DNA of 64,000 nt from Octopus vulgaris (GCA_951406725.2 OX597815.1:3720001-3784000), one strand, 5' to 3'. Positions 1 through 15,856 are shown, numbered from the stretch's first letter. The notes: generated by a model from the letters alone, not told the origin. Program-made: numbers and translations.

Positions 1-129
1 TCCTTTCTGGTGTTTACTCTTTTACTCTTTCAGTCTTTTACTGGTTTCAGCCAGAGACTGGGGTCATGCTGGAGCATCACCTTTCAGTGTTTTGGGGTTT
101 CCTTTCGGTACTGCTTTTAGTGAAGACGC

Positions 130-660
130 GAGTTGGACGGAGTACTTTTCTTTGTCCCACCTGGCGCGATGTGGACGGAGCTACCCTGTGCCTCCTGCCG
201 CGATGTGGGCTCATCTAGAATTTCAGATAGAATTTTTTATCGAGGTGCTTTTTGAACGATTTCACATCTACACCTTATCGATCTCTGAGGTTGTTTGGCA
301 GAATGTTAAACAGTTGTGGTCCCCTGCAACCCAAGCCGAAGAAGACGGTGTCTTTGGCAATATGCAGTGCCGTCCAGTTCGGAGATTGGTATAGCTTTCA
401 ACAGTAAAGTTGGGAGCTAGACTTGCCAGGATCTTCCATATGTACATCACTGCAAACCTTTCTCACCCTCACTTCAAGGAGTTGAGCTTCAGTTCTTGTG
501 CCCTCTCCCAGTACCTAATCTGTTTCACCGAATCAATCTTCTTTGTTTAACTTACAATGTTACAAGTTCTTCCAGGATTTTCTAGATGTCTATCACTCTA
601 TATTTTGCCCCGCTTTTGTTCTGGGAAGTAGAGTTCCAACCTTTTCTACTACTTCCGCTA
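130..660 (-). mobile_element. Decayed non-LTR retrotransposon (CR1/L2-like) ORF2 C-terminal fragments
   Basis: Minus-strand translation gives TKKIDSVKQIRYWERAQELKLNSLK*G*ERFAVMYIWKILASLAPN..RTGRHCILPK, the typical post-RT region of this LINE group. It has stops and frameshifts. Confidence 0.75.
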
Positions 661-739
661 TAAATTTCAGTCGAGAGGCTGTGGCCATGCTGGAGCATTA
701 CCAGTATCATCACCTTTCCAATGGTCATCTGGTTGGCTT

Positions 740-970
740 TTGGTGAATGAGGGAGTTTGATATTGCTGTCCTCTTATAAGTCTCTTGCCGTGATGTAAGA
801 TCTTGGAGAGCAGAAGGTCAATGGGTTTCTTGAAAATATCTGCCCCCACTTCATGTGGGTCTCACGGGGGTTTCTTGGCAAGATATTAAATAGGTGCCGG
901 TCTTTTGGATCCCAAGCTATTGCAATAATTGGTTCTATCGATTGAAAGGGGGAACCATTTGGAATATCGC
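740..970 (-). mobile_element. Second LINE 3'-end fragment
   Basis: LFNILPRN..GADIFKKPIDLLLSKI motifs, split across frames, match the same LINE C-terminus. Confidence 0.65.
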
Positions 971-1129
971 AATGTGTGTGTGTGTGTGTGTGTGTGTATA
1001 TGCATGCGTGTATGTGCATGCGCGTGTGTGTTGTGTGTATATGGGTGCATATGTGTGTGTGCTCGTGTATGTGTGTGAGTGTGTGCGTGTAATATTCATT
1101 TATGTGTACATTCATAGATATATATGTAT

Positions 1130-1276
1130 GGTGTCAGGTTGTGTGGTAAGAAGCTTGCTTCCAAAACACATGGTTCTGAGTTCCGTCCCACTGCGTGGCG
1201 TGTTTTCTGCTATTGCCACGGGCCAACCAAAGCCTTGTGAGTGGATTTGGTAGACGGAAACTGAAAGAAGCCCATC

Positions 1277-1356
<80 letters not shown>

Positions 1357-1565
1357 ACATGTGTGTGTATGTGTTTGTCCCCCCCCCACCATCGCTTGAC
1401 AACCGATGTCGGTGTGTTTACCTCCCCGTAACTTAGTGGTTCGGCAAAGGGACTGATAGAATAAGTACTAGGCTTACGAAGAAGTCCTGGGGTCGATTTT
1501 CTCGACTAAAAGGCGCTGGTGCAGCATGGCCGCAGCCAAATGACTGAAGCAAGTAAAAGAATAAT
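1130..1565 (+). mobile_element. tRNA-derived SINE family A, full length, with internal (TA)n(TG)n
   Basis: Degenerate A/B-box head, body ending GGAAACTGAAAGAAGCCC, microsatellite linker, and 3' half ending CAGCATGGCCGCAG..TGACTGAAGCAAGTAAAAGA. More than 20 related copies occur in the window. Confidence 0.9.
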
Positions 1566-1593
1566 AACAGAATATATATGTGGTGGGGGTGCT

Positions 1594-1701
<108 letters not shown>

Positions 1702-2039
1702 TGTGTGTGTGTCCTATCAATGGTTTTGTACATCAGAGAGCTGCTCCAGCGTTCGTGCCCCACCCCCTCGCTTCCATTTATCCCTTTCTAAGTAAACTTT
1801 TGAAATGCAAAATTCATGGAATGACGTGTATATGTACTTATATGTGCAATGTATGTATATATGTGTGTGTGTTTGTTGTGTGTGCCCGCGCGTGTATGTA
1901 TATATATAAATGTATATATATATGGTTAAGTATCAATTTACGCAACATGCCAACAGGAAGAAGAATAACCGATGCTGCAGTTTTAATGCACGCGACACAC
2001 ACACACACAGATACACACTCTCACACACACACACATACA

Positions 2040-2078
<39 letters not shown>

Positions 2079-2867
2079 AAACACACAAACACACATACAC
2101 AAACACACACTCACACACACACACACACACAAACACACACACGTTTAACCCCCACACACACATATACACTGGATCACGCTCGCAACCAAAAGCTATTTAT
2201 TTTTAATAGCAGACATGATATTACCCCGATATTGCTGCTCTCAAAGCCAAACAGCGTAATTAACAAGTGTAAAATATATTTAATTATATAACGGAGAGGG
2301 AATGTAATAGGCTGAGGTGTCATTAACAATGTCTGTCTATTATTAAAAATTGTATTTAGTTTTATTAAACATCGATAATTAAATATATTGATAAATTGAT
2401 ATTTGTACCTTGAAAACTTAGTGAGGCTGACGCGGTGCATATCGCGAACACACACACACGTATACACACACACTCGCACCGGATTAAACAATATTTATAT
2501 ATGTGTGTGTGTGTATTTATGCATGAAGATATCGATGTATGTATATATATGTGTGTGTGTGTATGTGTGTGTACGTGTTTGCATGTGTTTGTATATGTAT
2601 GTATATGTTGATATGATCTATGTGTGTATATGCAAATATGCATGCATAAATGCATTTATATCGAGATGTATTTACACACGCACACATACACACATACACA
2701 AACACTTGAAAATATGAGCGTCAATATATATTGACGTGTATGTATCAGTATGTATGTATTTATAAATGCATAGATTTATAAATATATATATATATATATA
2801 TTATGTATATATAACAATTCATTCAAATATAAATAAATATATATGCACACTTCTATATATATATATG

Positions 2868-2951
<84 letters not shown>

Positions 2952-3049
2952 AATATATATACATAATATAAATATGTGTGTGTATATATGTGTGTGTATA
3001 CTTCAGTATTGATATACGTATTTATAATTGTATGCGAATGTATCCCTTA

Positions 3050-3425
3050 ATTCTTTTAGTTGTTTTAGTCATTTGACCCTTAAAGGGAGTCAGTCGAAGA
3101 AATCGACCACAGGACTTATTCTTTGTAAGCCCAGTACTTATTCTATCGGACTCTTCTATCGAACCACTAAGTTACGGGGACACAAACACACCAGCATCGG
3201 TTGTTAAGAAGGTGGGGGTGGACAAAAACAGACACACACACGCACACACATATATACATATACGAGGGGCTTCTTCCAGTTTCCGTCTACCAAATCCACT
3301 CACAAGGCTTCGGTCGGCCCGAGGCTATAGTAGAAGACACTTGCCCAAGGTGCCATGCAGTGGGACTGAGCCCAGAATCATGTGTTTGGGGAGCAGGCTT
3401 CTTACCACACAGCCATGCCTTCGCC
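3050..3425 (-). mobile_element. SINE family A
   Basis: Reverse complement of both family A halves with a (CA)/(TA) linker. Confidence 0.85.
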
Positions 3426-3470
3426 TGCATACATGTACGTATATATATATGTATACTTTTATACTTATAT

Positions 3471-3510
<40 letters not shown>

Positions 3511-3729
3511 ATATGCGCGCGCACACATACATATGTACCAATCATTAGTACGACAAAATACATTTTGTCTCACCTCGAGAATTACAGGACAATATTTAGA
3601 GCGAGTTCATTCATAAGATATGAGCAAGGGCAGAAAAGAAAAACGAGTGTAAAAGGCTAAAAGCGGAACCTTATGTGTAGACACTTTTGTTTATGTGTGT
3701 GTGTGTGTGTGTATGCATGTATATTGGAT

Positions 3730-3780
<51 letters not shown>

Positions 3781-3870
3781 AATATATATATATGTATGTA
3801 TAGGAGCATGTTTGTCCCAGTTTGTACTTTATATATATATAGATAAATATATATATATATATATAAATAA

Positions 3871-3933
<63 letters not shown>

Positions 3934-4304
3934 GCGACGTACGTACCCTCTCTCTTATATGCATGTATGTATAGGCGTGTTTGTGTGTATATAATGGCTT
4001 ATATATTTTCCTTCCTTCTTGTCATATATCATAAATTATCTCTTAGATTTTTCATACCTCTCGAGGAGTTGTCAGCGAAACAGCATATACTTAGTCGTAC
4101 GAAAAACTAAGGCTTAAATATTCTACGTGTGTGTGTATGTGTGTGTGTGCGTGTGTGTGTGTGTGAGGTACATGTGCACAGATAGATTTAATTATTTGAA
4201 GTTCCTTTTCATCTCCATTTAGCTTCCACACCATTGTGCCATCCCACCAATATATTATTCCGTTATATATAGAATGGTGTAACACTCTTTCGGTCATAAA
4301 CCCT

Positions 4305-4419
<115 letters not shown>

Positions 4420-4450
4420 GTATATATATATGTGTATGTATGTATGTATG

Positions 4451-4495
<45 letters not shown>

Positions 4496-4712
4496 TGATA
4501 AAAACGGTTAGATAACAAAAGAAAGAAATCGACTTCGATATTATGTAAATAGAGGAATTTATCTGTTAATTTATTATGTGACAATTACTCGGTAACCAAG
4601 AAAAGCTCCGAGTTTCGGATGGCCGGATAACTTAAGAGATGGTGGCGTGGATTTCCATCTCAGCATCCGAAACTCGGAGTTTTATCTTGGCTACCGAATA
4701 ATTGTTACATAT

Positions 4713-4749
<37 letters not shown>

Positions 4750-4851
4750 TAAATCCCAAACAAAAACAAAGAACAAACACATGAAAACAACAACGCTAGG
4801 ACGTGGTACATGTAAAGTATTAGCAGACGCTCAGGGAAGGAAAAATAGATG

Positions 4852-4887
4852 GTTTAACATTTCGAGTAGACGCTCTTCTTCAGAAAC
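4852..4887 (-). ncRNA. Minimal type I hammerhead-like motif within an element of about 200 bp (4748-4950)
   Basis: Reads GUUU-CUGAAGA-A-GAG cgucua CUC-GAA-AUGU-U-AAAC on the minus strand. Confidence 0.55.
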
Positions 4888-5285
4888 AGAGGAAAGTCCA
4901 ATAGAAAGGAAGATGGAGGAAGAAAATCGCTAATGATTCACATGTGGTTTTATATATATATAAATACTCACGTACATATATGTATATATTCATACATATA
5001 TGCATATATACATACATACACACATTCATATATATAGATAGGTATTTGCGCCTCGGATGCCTGCGCACACACATACACACATACGTACATACAAACATGT
5101 ATTTATAAATAGCGCAATCAGTTGAGCGCCTACTGTCATCAAATTACATCTCATTTGGTGCGGCTATGTTTTCAGGTTCAATTCCCACCTCTGTCAACTT
5201 TTGACTTTCATCTCAATTCTTTGTTTCTCTCGCAAGATTAATTCAACTTTTCCACAAATGCTAAATGCGCGGTCTAATCAAGAAT

Positions 5286-5330
<45 letters not shown>

Positions 5331-5559
5331 ATAGTAGTAGTAGTAGTAGTAGCAGCTGCAGTAGCAGTAATATAGTAGTAGTAGTAGTAGTAGTATAGTA
5401 GAAGTAGTAGCAGCAGCAGCTGTAGTAGTAGTAGTGGCGGTGGTGGTGTTAGTAGTAGTAGTAGTAGTAGTAGTAGTGGCGGTGGTGGTGTTAGTAGTAG
5501 TAGTAGTAGTAGTAGTAGTGGCGGTGGTGGTGGTGGTAGTAGTAGTAGTAGTAGTTAAG

Positions 5560-5830
5560 AGTATCTTTTATCTTTCGTGTTTTATCTTTTACTTGTCTAA
5601 GTCACTTGACTGCGACCATGCTGGGGCACTGCCTTGAGGAATTTTAATCTAACGAATAGACCCCAAAACTTACGTTTTGTTTTGTTGTTGTTTTTCTTTT
5701 GTTTGTTTGTTGGTATTCTTTTTTGCCTGGTACTTATTCTATCATTGTCTTTCGACGAATCGCTAGCTTGCGCGGATGTAAACACACTAACGCCGGTTGT
5801 GAAGCGGTGCTGCTGAACAAACAGACACAA
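5560..5830 (-). mobile_element. SINE family A 3' half
   Basis: Reverse-complement match to the family A 3' half. Confidence 0.75.
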
Positions 5831-5833
5831 AAA

Positions 5834-5873
<40 letters not shown>

Positions 5874-6505
5874 AAGGTGTTGTATTTCGGGATGGTCATT
5901 TTATTTATTTATTTTTTTTTTTTTTTTTTGCAAAATATATATAAATAATAAATATAATGACCATCCCGAAATACAACAATATCTGTTTCAACACACGATT
6001 TCACATCAGGAATCTTACAAAACTAATTGATATGGAAAGATGGCTTATTAGAAATTTACAACCGAAAGACAGAACTATAGACGTCACAAAAGTGACCTTT
6101 AAGGGCACGAGTAAGCACTAGCAGGGCTAGAAATAACAGCTTGACTCGCTTGTCGGTTATAAGCTATGTGCTTCATCGTGGCTATCAGTTGCTTTGACTC
6201 TTATTTCCAGCTTACTAGTGATGCATATATATATATATACATACAAACACACGCAGGGTGTTCAAAAAATCTCTCCACAGTGAATTTGTTTTCTCTCAAA
6301 GATGTATTTCAAAACATGCGTAGAAAGAGTCAGCTTATGTACTGAAAATTAAGAATGACACTTTCAACACCTTTTATAAAGTTTTTTAAAGTCTTGTAAA
6401 GTCTAATATATTCTTGTGTGGTCTTACACCATCTTATCAATATTTATTTTGCAATAAAATACAGCGGAGAGACATTTTGAAAACCCTGTAAGCATATATA
6501 TATAT

Positions 6506-6551
<46 letters not shown>

Positions 6552-6555
<4 letters not shown>

Positions 6556-6837
6556 CATTCGGCTCATGAGTTCAATTGCCAGCGACAAGTTGTGTCCTTG
6601 AGCAAGACACTTTATTTCACGTTTCTCCAATCCACGCAGCCGGCAAAAATGTGTAGGACCTGTATTTCAAAGGTCCAGCCTTGTTACACTCTGTGTCACG
6701 TTGAATCTCCCTGAAAACTACGTTAAGGGTACAAGTGTCTGTGGAATGCTCAGCCACATACTCGTTAATTTCACGCGCAAGCTGTTCCGTAAATCGCACC
6801 AGCTGGGACCCTCATCGTCGTAAGCGACAGGGTGCTC
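6552..6837 (+). mobile_element. SINE family C (tRNA head, TGTGTCCTTGAGCAAGACAC central domain, specific tail)
   Basis: Homologous to 15924-16225. The tail is shared with 47598-47984. Confidence 0.8.
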
Positions 6838-6966
6838 CTATATATAATAATCCACAGCCTTCCCTCTCAATAAGCCACTACTGTCCCCGAAAGATTTTTC
6901 TTCTTTTTTTATATTCACTACGGATTGCTTAAAGCTAACTTTCTTCTTACACCTCGATCCCCGGAT

Positions 6967-7011
<45 letters not shown>

Positions 7012-7073
7012 CTGTGTATGTGTGTGTGTAGGCATGTATGTATTCATGTATGTATATATATTTGTATATATGG

Positions 7074-7177
<104 letters not shown>

Positions 7178-7370
7178 AAGGGATGACCACTACGTGGACA
7201 TCCATTATGCTAGGAGGAGATACGGATTTATTTCTAACATAATGGACGTCCACGAAGTGGTCATCCCTCTTATATGTACGTAATATAATTTTTCTGAATC
7301 TTCAGATTTTAATATGCTAGACCACAGATTTAAATTGATATTAATCAAATTAATATTCAATTTTTCACCC

Positions 7371-7426
<56 letters not shown>

Positions 7427-7446
7427 TATATATATATATATATATA

Positions 7447-7590
7447 TACGACGGACTTCCGTCGAGTTTCCGTCTACAAAAGGTTTTGGTCGGCCCGAGG
7501 TTATAACATAAGGCACTTGCTCGAGGTTCCACATAGTGGGACTGAACCTGGAAGCATGTGGTTGGGAAGCAAACGTCTTGGCACTGTACC
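7447..7590 (-). mobile_element. SINE family A 5' half
   Basis: Reverse complement of the head with the GGTTCAGTCC B-box. Confidence 0.75.
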
Positions 7591-7966
7591 GTTTATACAA
7601 TCTAAGAGATATGCTTGTGGCGGCGCAGTCTCGAGTCGTTGGTTGCTACCAAGCCATCTCGCTTACATATAATGTGAAAGGACTTTAGGAAGAGCATCAA
7701 CGCCTCGTAATCTCACATGTAAAAGCCTCTAAACTTACAGATTGAAGTTTTCTGTCTAAAGAGAGCGTCTTCTTTCAGAACATGAGGATAGGAGCATATC
7801 CACTGTGATCATCACTTGCAAAGAAACATTCACTAGAGAACACACGCACGAGCGTAGATTCATGTGTAAATGTATATATGCATGAAAAAAAAAATATATA
7901 TATATATATATATACATACATATACATTTATATACATATACATATACATATACATATATGGATGTA

Positions 7967-8025
<59 letters not shown>

Positions 8026-8041
8026 GTATGTATATATATGC

Positions 8042-8088
<47 letters not shown>

Positions 8089-8747
8089 CTCTTTTACTCT
8101 TTCACTCGTTTCATCCATGCGGCTGTGGTCATGCTGGAGCACCACATGCATACACACACATGCACACACATACACACACACACACACACACACTGAACGA
8201 TGCCTAGAAAGACAGATAGATACGTACATATGTACATACATGCATACATACATACATACATACATACATACATACATACACACATACATACATACATACA
8301 TACATACATACACACATACATACATACACACATACATACATACATGCATACATACATACATACATACATATATACATACATACATACATACATACATACA
8401 TACATACATACATACATACATACATACATACATACATACATACACACACACATGCAGATATATTAATATTTGTTCTTAAGTTACAATAAAAGCGATTTTT
8501 CATTAAATTGAAGGATTGAAGAATACATTTGGGACAGGACAAATCTACTATTTCTAAACAGGAATAATATTGACGGCGACTTCGAAATTTCGGCCATCAT
8601 TAGATTATATATTATATATTTCCTTGTTTGTTTTGCAAAATAGTGGTTTTGTCTCGAATTAATATTATATAATATTTTACTATAAAATTGGATTTAATCC
8701 TAAATCTGATTTTTTTCCCTGTAAATTTGGATTTATTCCCTAATATT

Positions 8748-8797
<50 letters not shown>

Positions 8798-8921
8798 ATG
8801 TGTGAATATATATATATATACGTGTGTGTGTGTGTGTGTGTGTATATATATTAATGTACATCGATACATATATACATACATGTGAATGAAACGCTTTGGG
8901 TAGAGTATAGACTAGTATATT

Positions 8922-8953
<32 letters not shown>

Positions 8954-9052
8954 TAATAATTGCAATCAAATAAAATGGAATGAAATAAAATAGACGTAAA
9001 AGGTATATTTTATTTGCATTAAAAGAAATTTTCGTCTACGTCCATGTGCTTG

Positions 9053-9126
<74 letters not shown>

Positions 9127-9444
9127 TACACACACATACACAAGCACACAGATATATACACCTGCACACACACACACATATGAAGTACAGAAAGACAACA
9201 AGGTAAGGCCGTTAGTGGGAGAGGTTAACGGCGTCATCCTGTTATATTGTTATACTACAACGTAACCATGTTGCCTGACATACAGCAATTCATCATTTTC
9301 ACATACGTACACATACATGCAACCATGCATACACACATACATACATGCATATATATATATATATAGGTATATAGGTATATATATATATGTGTGTGTGTAT
9401 ATATATGTTTTTATATATATATGTATATATATGTATTTATAATA

Positions 9445-9516
<72 letters not shown>

Positions 9517-9753
9517 GTAGGATAAAATCTTTTCGAAAAAAAATTTTATCAATGGAAAACAATTATATGGTAAATGGACAATATGTCCAATTTTCGCCAT
9601 ATTTGGCATTAGAAATTTTTTCGTTTGCCCTTATTTATAAGTTGTATATATATATGAAAAGATTCGTAGAGGTAAAACACGAGTAAATAGATATTTATGA
9701 AAAACAAGAACGAAATAGCTACTTCCTTAAAATTGGGTACATTTTAATTTTCC

Positions 9754-9792
9754 CTTTACATGTTTCGGGTTTTGAAAAACCTTATCAGAAAT
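9754..9792 (-). ncRNA. Degenerate hammerhead-like motif
   Basis: Reads UUU-CUGAUAA-GGUUUU uc AAAACC c-GAA-ACAUGU-A-AAG, with palindromic stem III (ACAUGU). G8 is mutated. Confidence 0.45.
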
Positions 9793-10571
9793 ATGTACTA
9801 AAATGGAATATGTAAAGAGAAAAGAACTATTAGAAAATTTTTTGGATATATATATACACGCACAGTTGTAGGTACAGGTTTGGCCACAAGTCACCTGACA
9901 GTAAATCAGAAACTCTTAATTTCAAGATTAAAACAAAAATTATTTTATATGAGACTTTGCTAATAAAGAGACAAATGTTGAAAAAAAAAACCCATGATTT
10001 TAACTCACAGCATTCAATTATTAAACATTCATAATTGGAAATGAACAAAATAGAATATTAAGTATTTGTGGAATTTTGATTTGCTGTCGGGTGACTTTTG
10101 GTCAAGCCTTTATATACACTCACACCTTCATATAGGGATGTAAACATGTATTTATGTATAAAACGTTTGCAATGTTATATTTATAGATATTACGGCAAAA
10201 TAAAATGTTTCGTGGTGGTCGTTGGTTCGAACCCTATCGAGGTGGGTAGTGAATAGATTTTCAAGGATACACTAGAAGTGAATTCCAAGCGGGTTAGATT
10301 CGAAACAACTTTTCCTGTGCGACTGACATCGCAAATGATGGTACATCTCTGTGGTCATTGGAACATGTAGAGATGGCAACTAAATATCTGTGGTATTATG
10401 TCATACAGTCTAAGATCTGAAGAACACATTGGGTAACAAAGTATTACAAGATACAACTACAAAACAGGTGGTGAGGGTTACGGATGGAAGCTTTTTTAAC
10501 CATGTATATAATTAATAAAAAAAGCGAAGAAAAATTACCCAAGAAAAAACAATAAAAGCGAGGACGTATAC

Positions 10572-10663
<92 letters not shown>

Positions 10664-10861
10664 TCTTCTTCCGCTGACCGTCGTAATTTGACGTTGACTG
10701 TTCTTATTCAGTAGACATCCCTCTCTCTTTCTCTCTCAGTATATATATAATATACATACATATCTAGATGCATACATGCATGTATATATATATATTCAGG
10801 TGAGTGGACAAAATTTTGCAGGTCCTCTAACAGATACCTGTGCCTCTCAGACTTTGGATTC

Positions 10862-10941
<80 letters not shown>

Positions 10942-11082
10942 TACCTCTGCATTACCTACATCTGGATATCTTTGTTGCTTATTTTGATTATAATCACCCC
11001 ATTTTGAATTATATGGATAATACCATACTAAATACTTAAGTACCATATTCAACCGAATCTAAATTTTACTGAACTTATATAT

Positions 11083-11406
<324 letters not shown>

Positions 11407-11407
11407 C

Positions 11408-11531
<124 letters not shown>

Positions 11532-11754
11532 TGGCTCAGGGGGGGGTAAGACGTTTGCCTTCTAGCCACATGGCTCTGGGTTCAGTCCCACTACGTGGAC
11601 ACTTTCGTGCTTCCTTCCAGAATGGGCCGGGCCGACCATAGTCTTCTGAGATGCAAATTGAATGTAGCACGTTGTGAATATAATATATATGTATATATAT
11701 GTGTATATATATGTATATATATGTGTATATATATTTGTGTGTGTGTGTGTGTAT

Positions 11755-12065
11755 ACACTCTTTAACTATTTAAGTCTTTAACCAGTTTCTGTTCGGTAGC
11801 TAAGGTCATGCTACAGCACCGTATGTGTCTATATACACTTTTAGTTGTTTACTTTTCCAAGCCTAGTACTTATCCTTATCGGTGAGTTTTGCCGAACCGG
11901 TTGTCAAGGGGTGATGCTGAGACAAACACAGACACAATGAGACAAACAAAGAGGAAGTCATATATATTATACGACGGGCTTCTTTCAGTTTTCGTTTACC
12001 AAATCCACGCGCAAGGCTCTGGTCGGCCCGAGGCTATAGTAGAATATATTCGACCGAGGTGGCGC
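11755..12065 (-). mobile_element. SINE family A, internally deleted
   Basis: Pieces of both halves in reverse orientation. Confidence 0.7.
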
Positions 12066-12135
12066 GCATATATATGCATATATATATGCATATATAAATC
12101 AATAGGCGCACACTCTCACATATATGCAGTATGTG

Positions 12136-12229
<94 letters not shown>

Positions 12230-12258
12230 TAGACAAACAGACAGACAGACAGAGTTAG

Positions 12259-12313
<55 letters not shown>

Positions 12314-12314
12314 C

Positions 12315-12459
<145 letters not shown>

Positions 12460-12819
12460 TGTAACCACCCACATATACCTATGTAATTTGATATAAATTT
12501 GTAGAAATATGTGTGTGTGTGTATGTGTGTGCATAATACTGAAGACAGTAATCGAAGGCCGAGATTGGCACATCCGTGTATATACTATATACAAACCCAT
12601 CCGTATATACCCATGCACATCTGAATGTATCTGTACCCTTGCATATAAATCGACATACGAAAATATTTATGCATGCAATAGGTTTCCCGATCCAATGTGA
12701 GTTCCAGGTCCCTCGTAAGGTCGGTTCCAGTTTACATAGAAGAACAGAAATGGGTTCTCGTAACACATTTGTGCTCTTATTTACACACACACACACACAC
12801 GCGTGCAAAATCACACAAT

Positions 12820-12851
<32 letters not shown>

Positions 12852-12945
12852 AAATCACATAATCATACACACATATATGTTTATCTGTGGGGGTGTTTGC
12901 GCGTACGTATACATATTCATTCATATATACATATATATATATATG

Positions 12946-13009
<64 letters not shown>

Positions 13010-13100
13010 CTCTTTCTCTCTTTTTTTCATATATATATATATATATATATATATTTAATTATTTATTTCTTTATTTATTTATTTATTTATATAAATATAT

Positions 13101-13331
13101 AGGTGGCGCGCTGGCAGAAACGTTAGCACGCCGGGTGAAATGCTTAGCAGTATTTCGTCTGCCGCTACGTTCTGAGTTCAAATTCCACTGAAGTCTACTT
13201 AGCCTTTCATCCTTTCGGGGTCGATTAAATAAGTACCAGTTACGCACTGGGGTCGATATAATCAACTTAATCCGTTTGTCTGTCCCTGTTTGTCCCCTCC
13301 GTGTTTAGCCCCTTGTGAGTAGTAAAGAAAT
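13101..13331 (+). mobile_element. SINE family B
   Basis: GGTGGCGCGCTGGCAGAAACGTTAG head, GAGTTCAAATTCC B-box, and GCCTTTCATCCTTTCGGGGTCGAT..AAGTACCAG central domain. Confidence 0.9.
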
Positions 13332-13821
13332 TATATATATATATATATATATATATACATACGTACATACATACATATATATATATGTGTGTGTGTGTAT
13401 GTATGTATGTATATATACTGTGTGTGTGTGATTTCAAATCTAATTTGCCGATAATCAGCGTTTTGAATTTTCATCCGTATCTCCGTACATCGGTTGTTGC
13501 CTATGAATTGAAAGGATATAAAAATCACACAACAACAACAACAATAATACTAGATGACGGAATAGTCTTATACATTTCACTAAGTTAAATTTATTGATAG
13601 TAACTTTAAGACGATTGGGACTTCGAAATTAGCCTTTCTTACTTATTCAACTGGTTTAAGAACTCGGCATGTGAGTTCCCACACACATTAAAGTCATTAC
13701 TATAGACACACACACACGGACACATCTTTTGCCTGTTGTCTTTTGATAGTTTTAACCAGAAGCAGAGTCCAAGCTTGGGTGCCTATGTATATATATATAA
13801 ATATATATATATATGTATATA

Positions 13822-13917
<96 letters not shown>

Positions 13918-13970
13918 TATATATATAACAATTGTATTAGTATGGCGCTCAGGAATAGAAATAAAACAAG

Positions 13971-14008
13971 TCTTTTACGTTTCTTGCCTACGCTCTTCAA
14001 CAGAAAGA
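13971..14008 (-). ncRNA. Hammerhead-like motif (CUGUUGA variant) in a (TA)n-embedded element (13928-14060)
   Basis: Reads UCUUU-CUGUUGA-A-GAG cguagg CAA-GAA-ACGU-A-AAAGA. Stem II is damaged in this copy. Confidence 0.45.
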
Positions 14009-14060
14009 TACACAGAAAAGAAACACGGAGAGAAAGGAGAGAAAAAATGCGTGCAGGAGC

Positions 14061-14091
<31 letters not shown>

Positions 14092-14128
14092 ATATATATA
14101 TGTATGTATATATATATATGCATGTATG

Positions 14129-14160
<32 letters not shown>

Positions 14161-14213
14161 CATATCTATATAGTATGAATATATGTATGTATGTACGTAT
14201 ATATATATATACA

Positions 14214-14266
<53 letters not shown>

Positions 14267-14462
14267 ACACACACATATTTCCATATGTGCGTCTATATGT
14301 TATTCAACCATTCTTACTTCTAAGCAAGAAATATATGAACTCAGTACATATATTGTTTATGCTGTGTATGTATATACCCCATAACTTAGCATCGCAGTTA
14401 AAAGAGATCGATAAAGTATATACTGGTGTCTAATCAAGATAAATGCTTGGCGGCGCTACTCC

Positions 14463-14740
14463 CAGTGGTTCTCAGCCAGTGGCTCTATGACCCCATATAA
14501 GATTTCTCGGGGTGTATACAAGTAAAATGATAAACTAGGCATCCGCAGTAGTATTTTAGGGACCCGTATGAAGACTTTGCTTTGGGTCTATTTATTGCAA
14601 GAAACGGTTCGGTGTCTTTCTCTAAAGTTTTACTTACTTTTACATGTTTCCAGTCACTAATTCAGAATTTTGTAAAGAATTTCTAGAAAACCAGTTTTTA
14701 AACATCAAATGGCAAAGGCGGGGGCACCAGAATAAGTCGT
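14463..14740 (+). mobile_element. Old hAT-type MITE, 5' part (3' part at 15328-15430)
   Basis: Starts CAGTGGTTCTCA and is internally homologous to the MITE at 46165-46481. Confidence 0.6.
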
Positions 14741-15048
14741 GTTTATTACCATATCAATATGGCTGTTCCATATATATATAGAGAGGGAGGTATACATAAA
14801 TGGAGAAATGGAGTTAAACGCAAATCTTTATACTTCCGACATATGTTTCGAAGAAAACATATGTCGGAAGGATGAAAATTTAACTCCATTTTTAATTTTT
14901 TAATTTATCTGTTATACAAAGATATTTCACTAAACCTTGGAATTTCTACCTTTGTAAGTAGACTCTAACATCCTTGGCACTTACGTAAATTTTTGCTACC
15001 CTGGTAACTACTTATTTTTTCCGTGTTATTTGTCAACATTGAAAAAAT

Positions 15049-15098
<50 letters not shown>

Positions 15099-15433
15099 CC
15101 TTTAGCTCTTTAACTCTTTAACCGGTTTCAGCTGGGAAGCTGCGGTCATGCTTCAGCACTGTATGTGTCTATATGTATATACTCTTTTACTTGTTTCAGT
15201 CACTTGAATGCAGCCATGCTGGAGCATCAACTGTTAGTCGAACAAATCGATTCCAGGACTTATTTTTCCAAGCCTAGTACTTATTCTTATCGTCTCCGTT
15301 CACGAACTGTTAAATTGCGTGGACGTTTCTAGAAAACTAGTTCTTGAACATCAAATGGCTAAGGGGTCCACCAGAATAAAGTCGTAATGAAAGGTGGGGG
15401 TCTTTAAGTAAAAAATGTTTCAAAACTACTAAT

Positions 15434-15856
15434 AGGTGCAGGAGTGGCTGTGTGGTAAGTAGCTTGCTAACCAACCCCATGGTTCCGGGTTCAGTCCCAC
15501 TGCATGGCATCTTGGGCAAGTGTCTTCTGCTATAGCCCGGGGCCGACCAATGCCTTGTGAGTGGATTTGGTAGACGGAAACTGAAAGAAGCCTGTCGTAT
15601 ATATGTATATATATATATATATGTATGTGTGTGTATATGTTTGTGAGTCTGTGTTTGTCCCCCTAGCATTGCTTGGCAACCGATGCTGGTGTGTTTACGT
15701 CCCCGTCACTTAGCGGTTCGGCAAAAGAGACCGATAGAATAAGTACTGGGCTTACAAAAAGAATAAGTCCCGGGGTCGAGTTGCTCGACTAAAGGCGGTG
15801 CTCCAGCATGGCCGCAGTCAAAATGACTGAAACAAGTAAAAGAGTAAAAGAGTAAA
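15434..15856 (+). mobile_element. SINE family A, full length, little diverged
   Basis: TGGCTGTGTGG A-box, GGTTCAGTCC B-box, microsatellite linker and (AGTAAAAG)n-like tail. Confidence 0.92.

Noticed and set aside
10205-10245. GGTTCGAACCC B-box as a tRNA gene
   Set aside because: No cloverleaf or acceptor stem can be formed, so it is probably an old SINE head.
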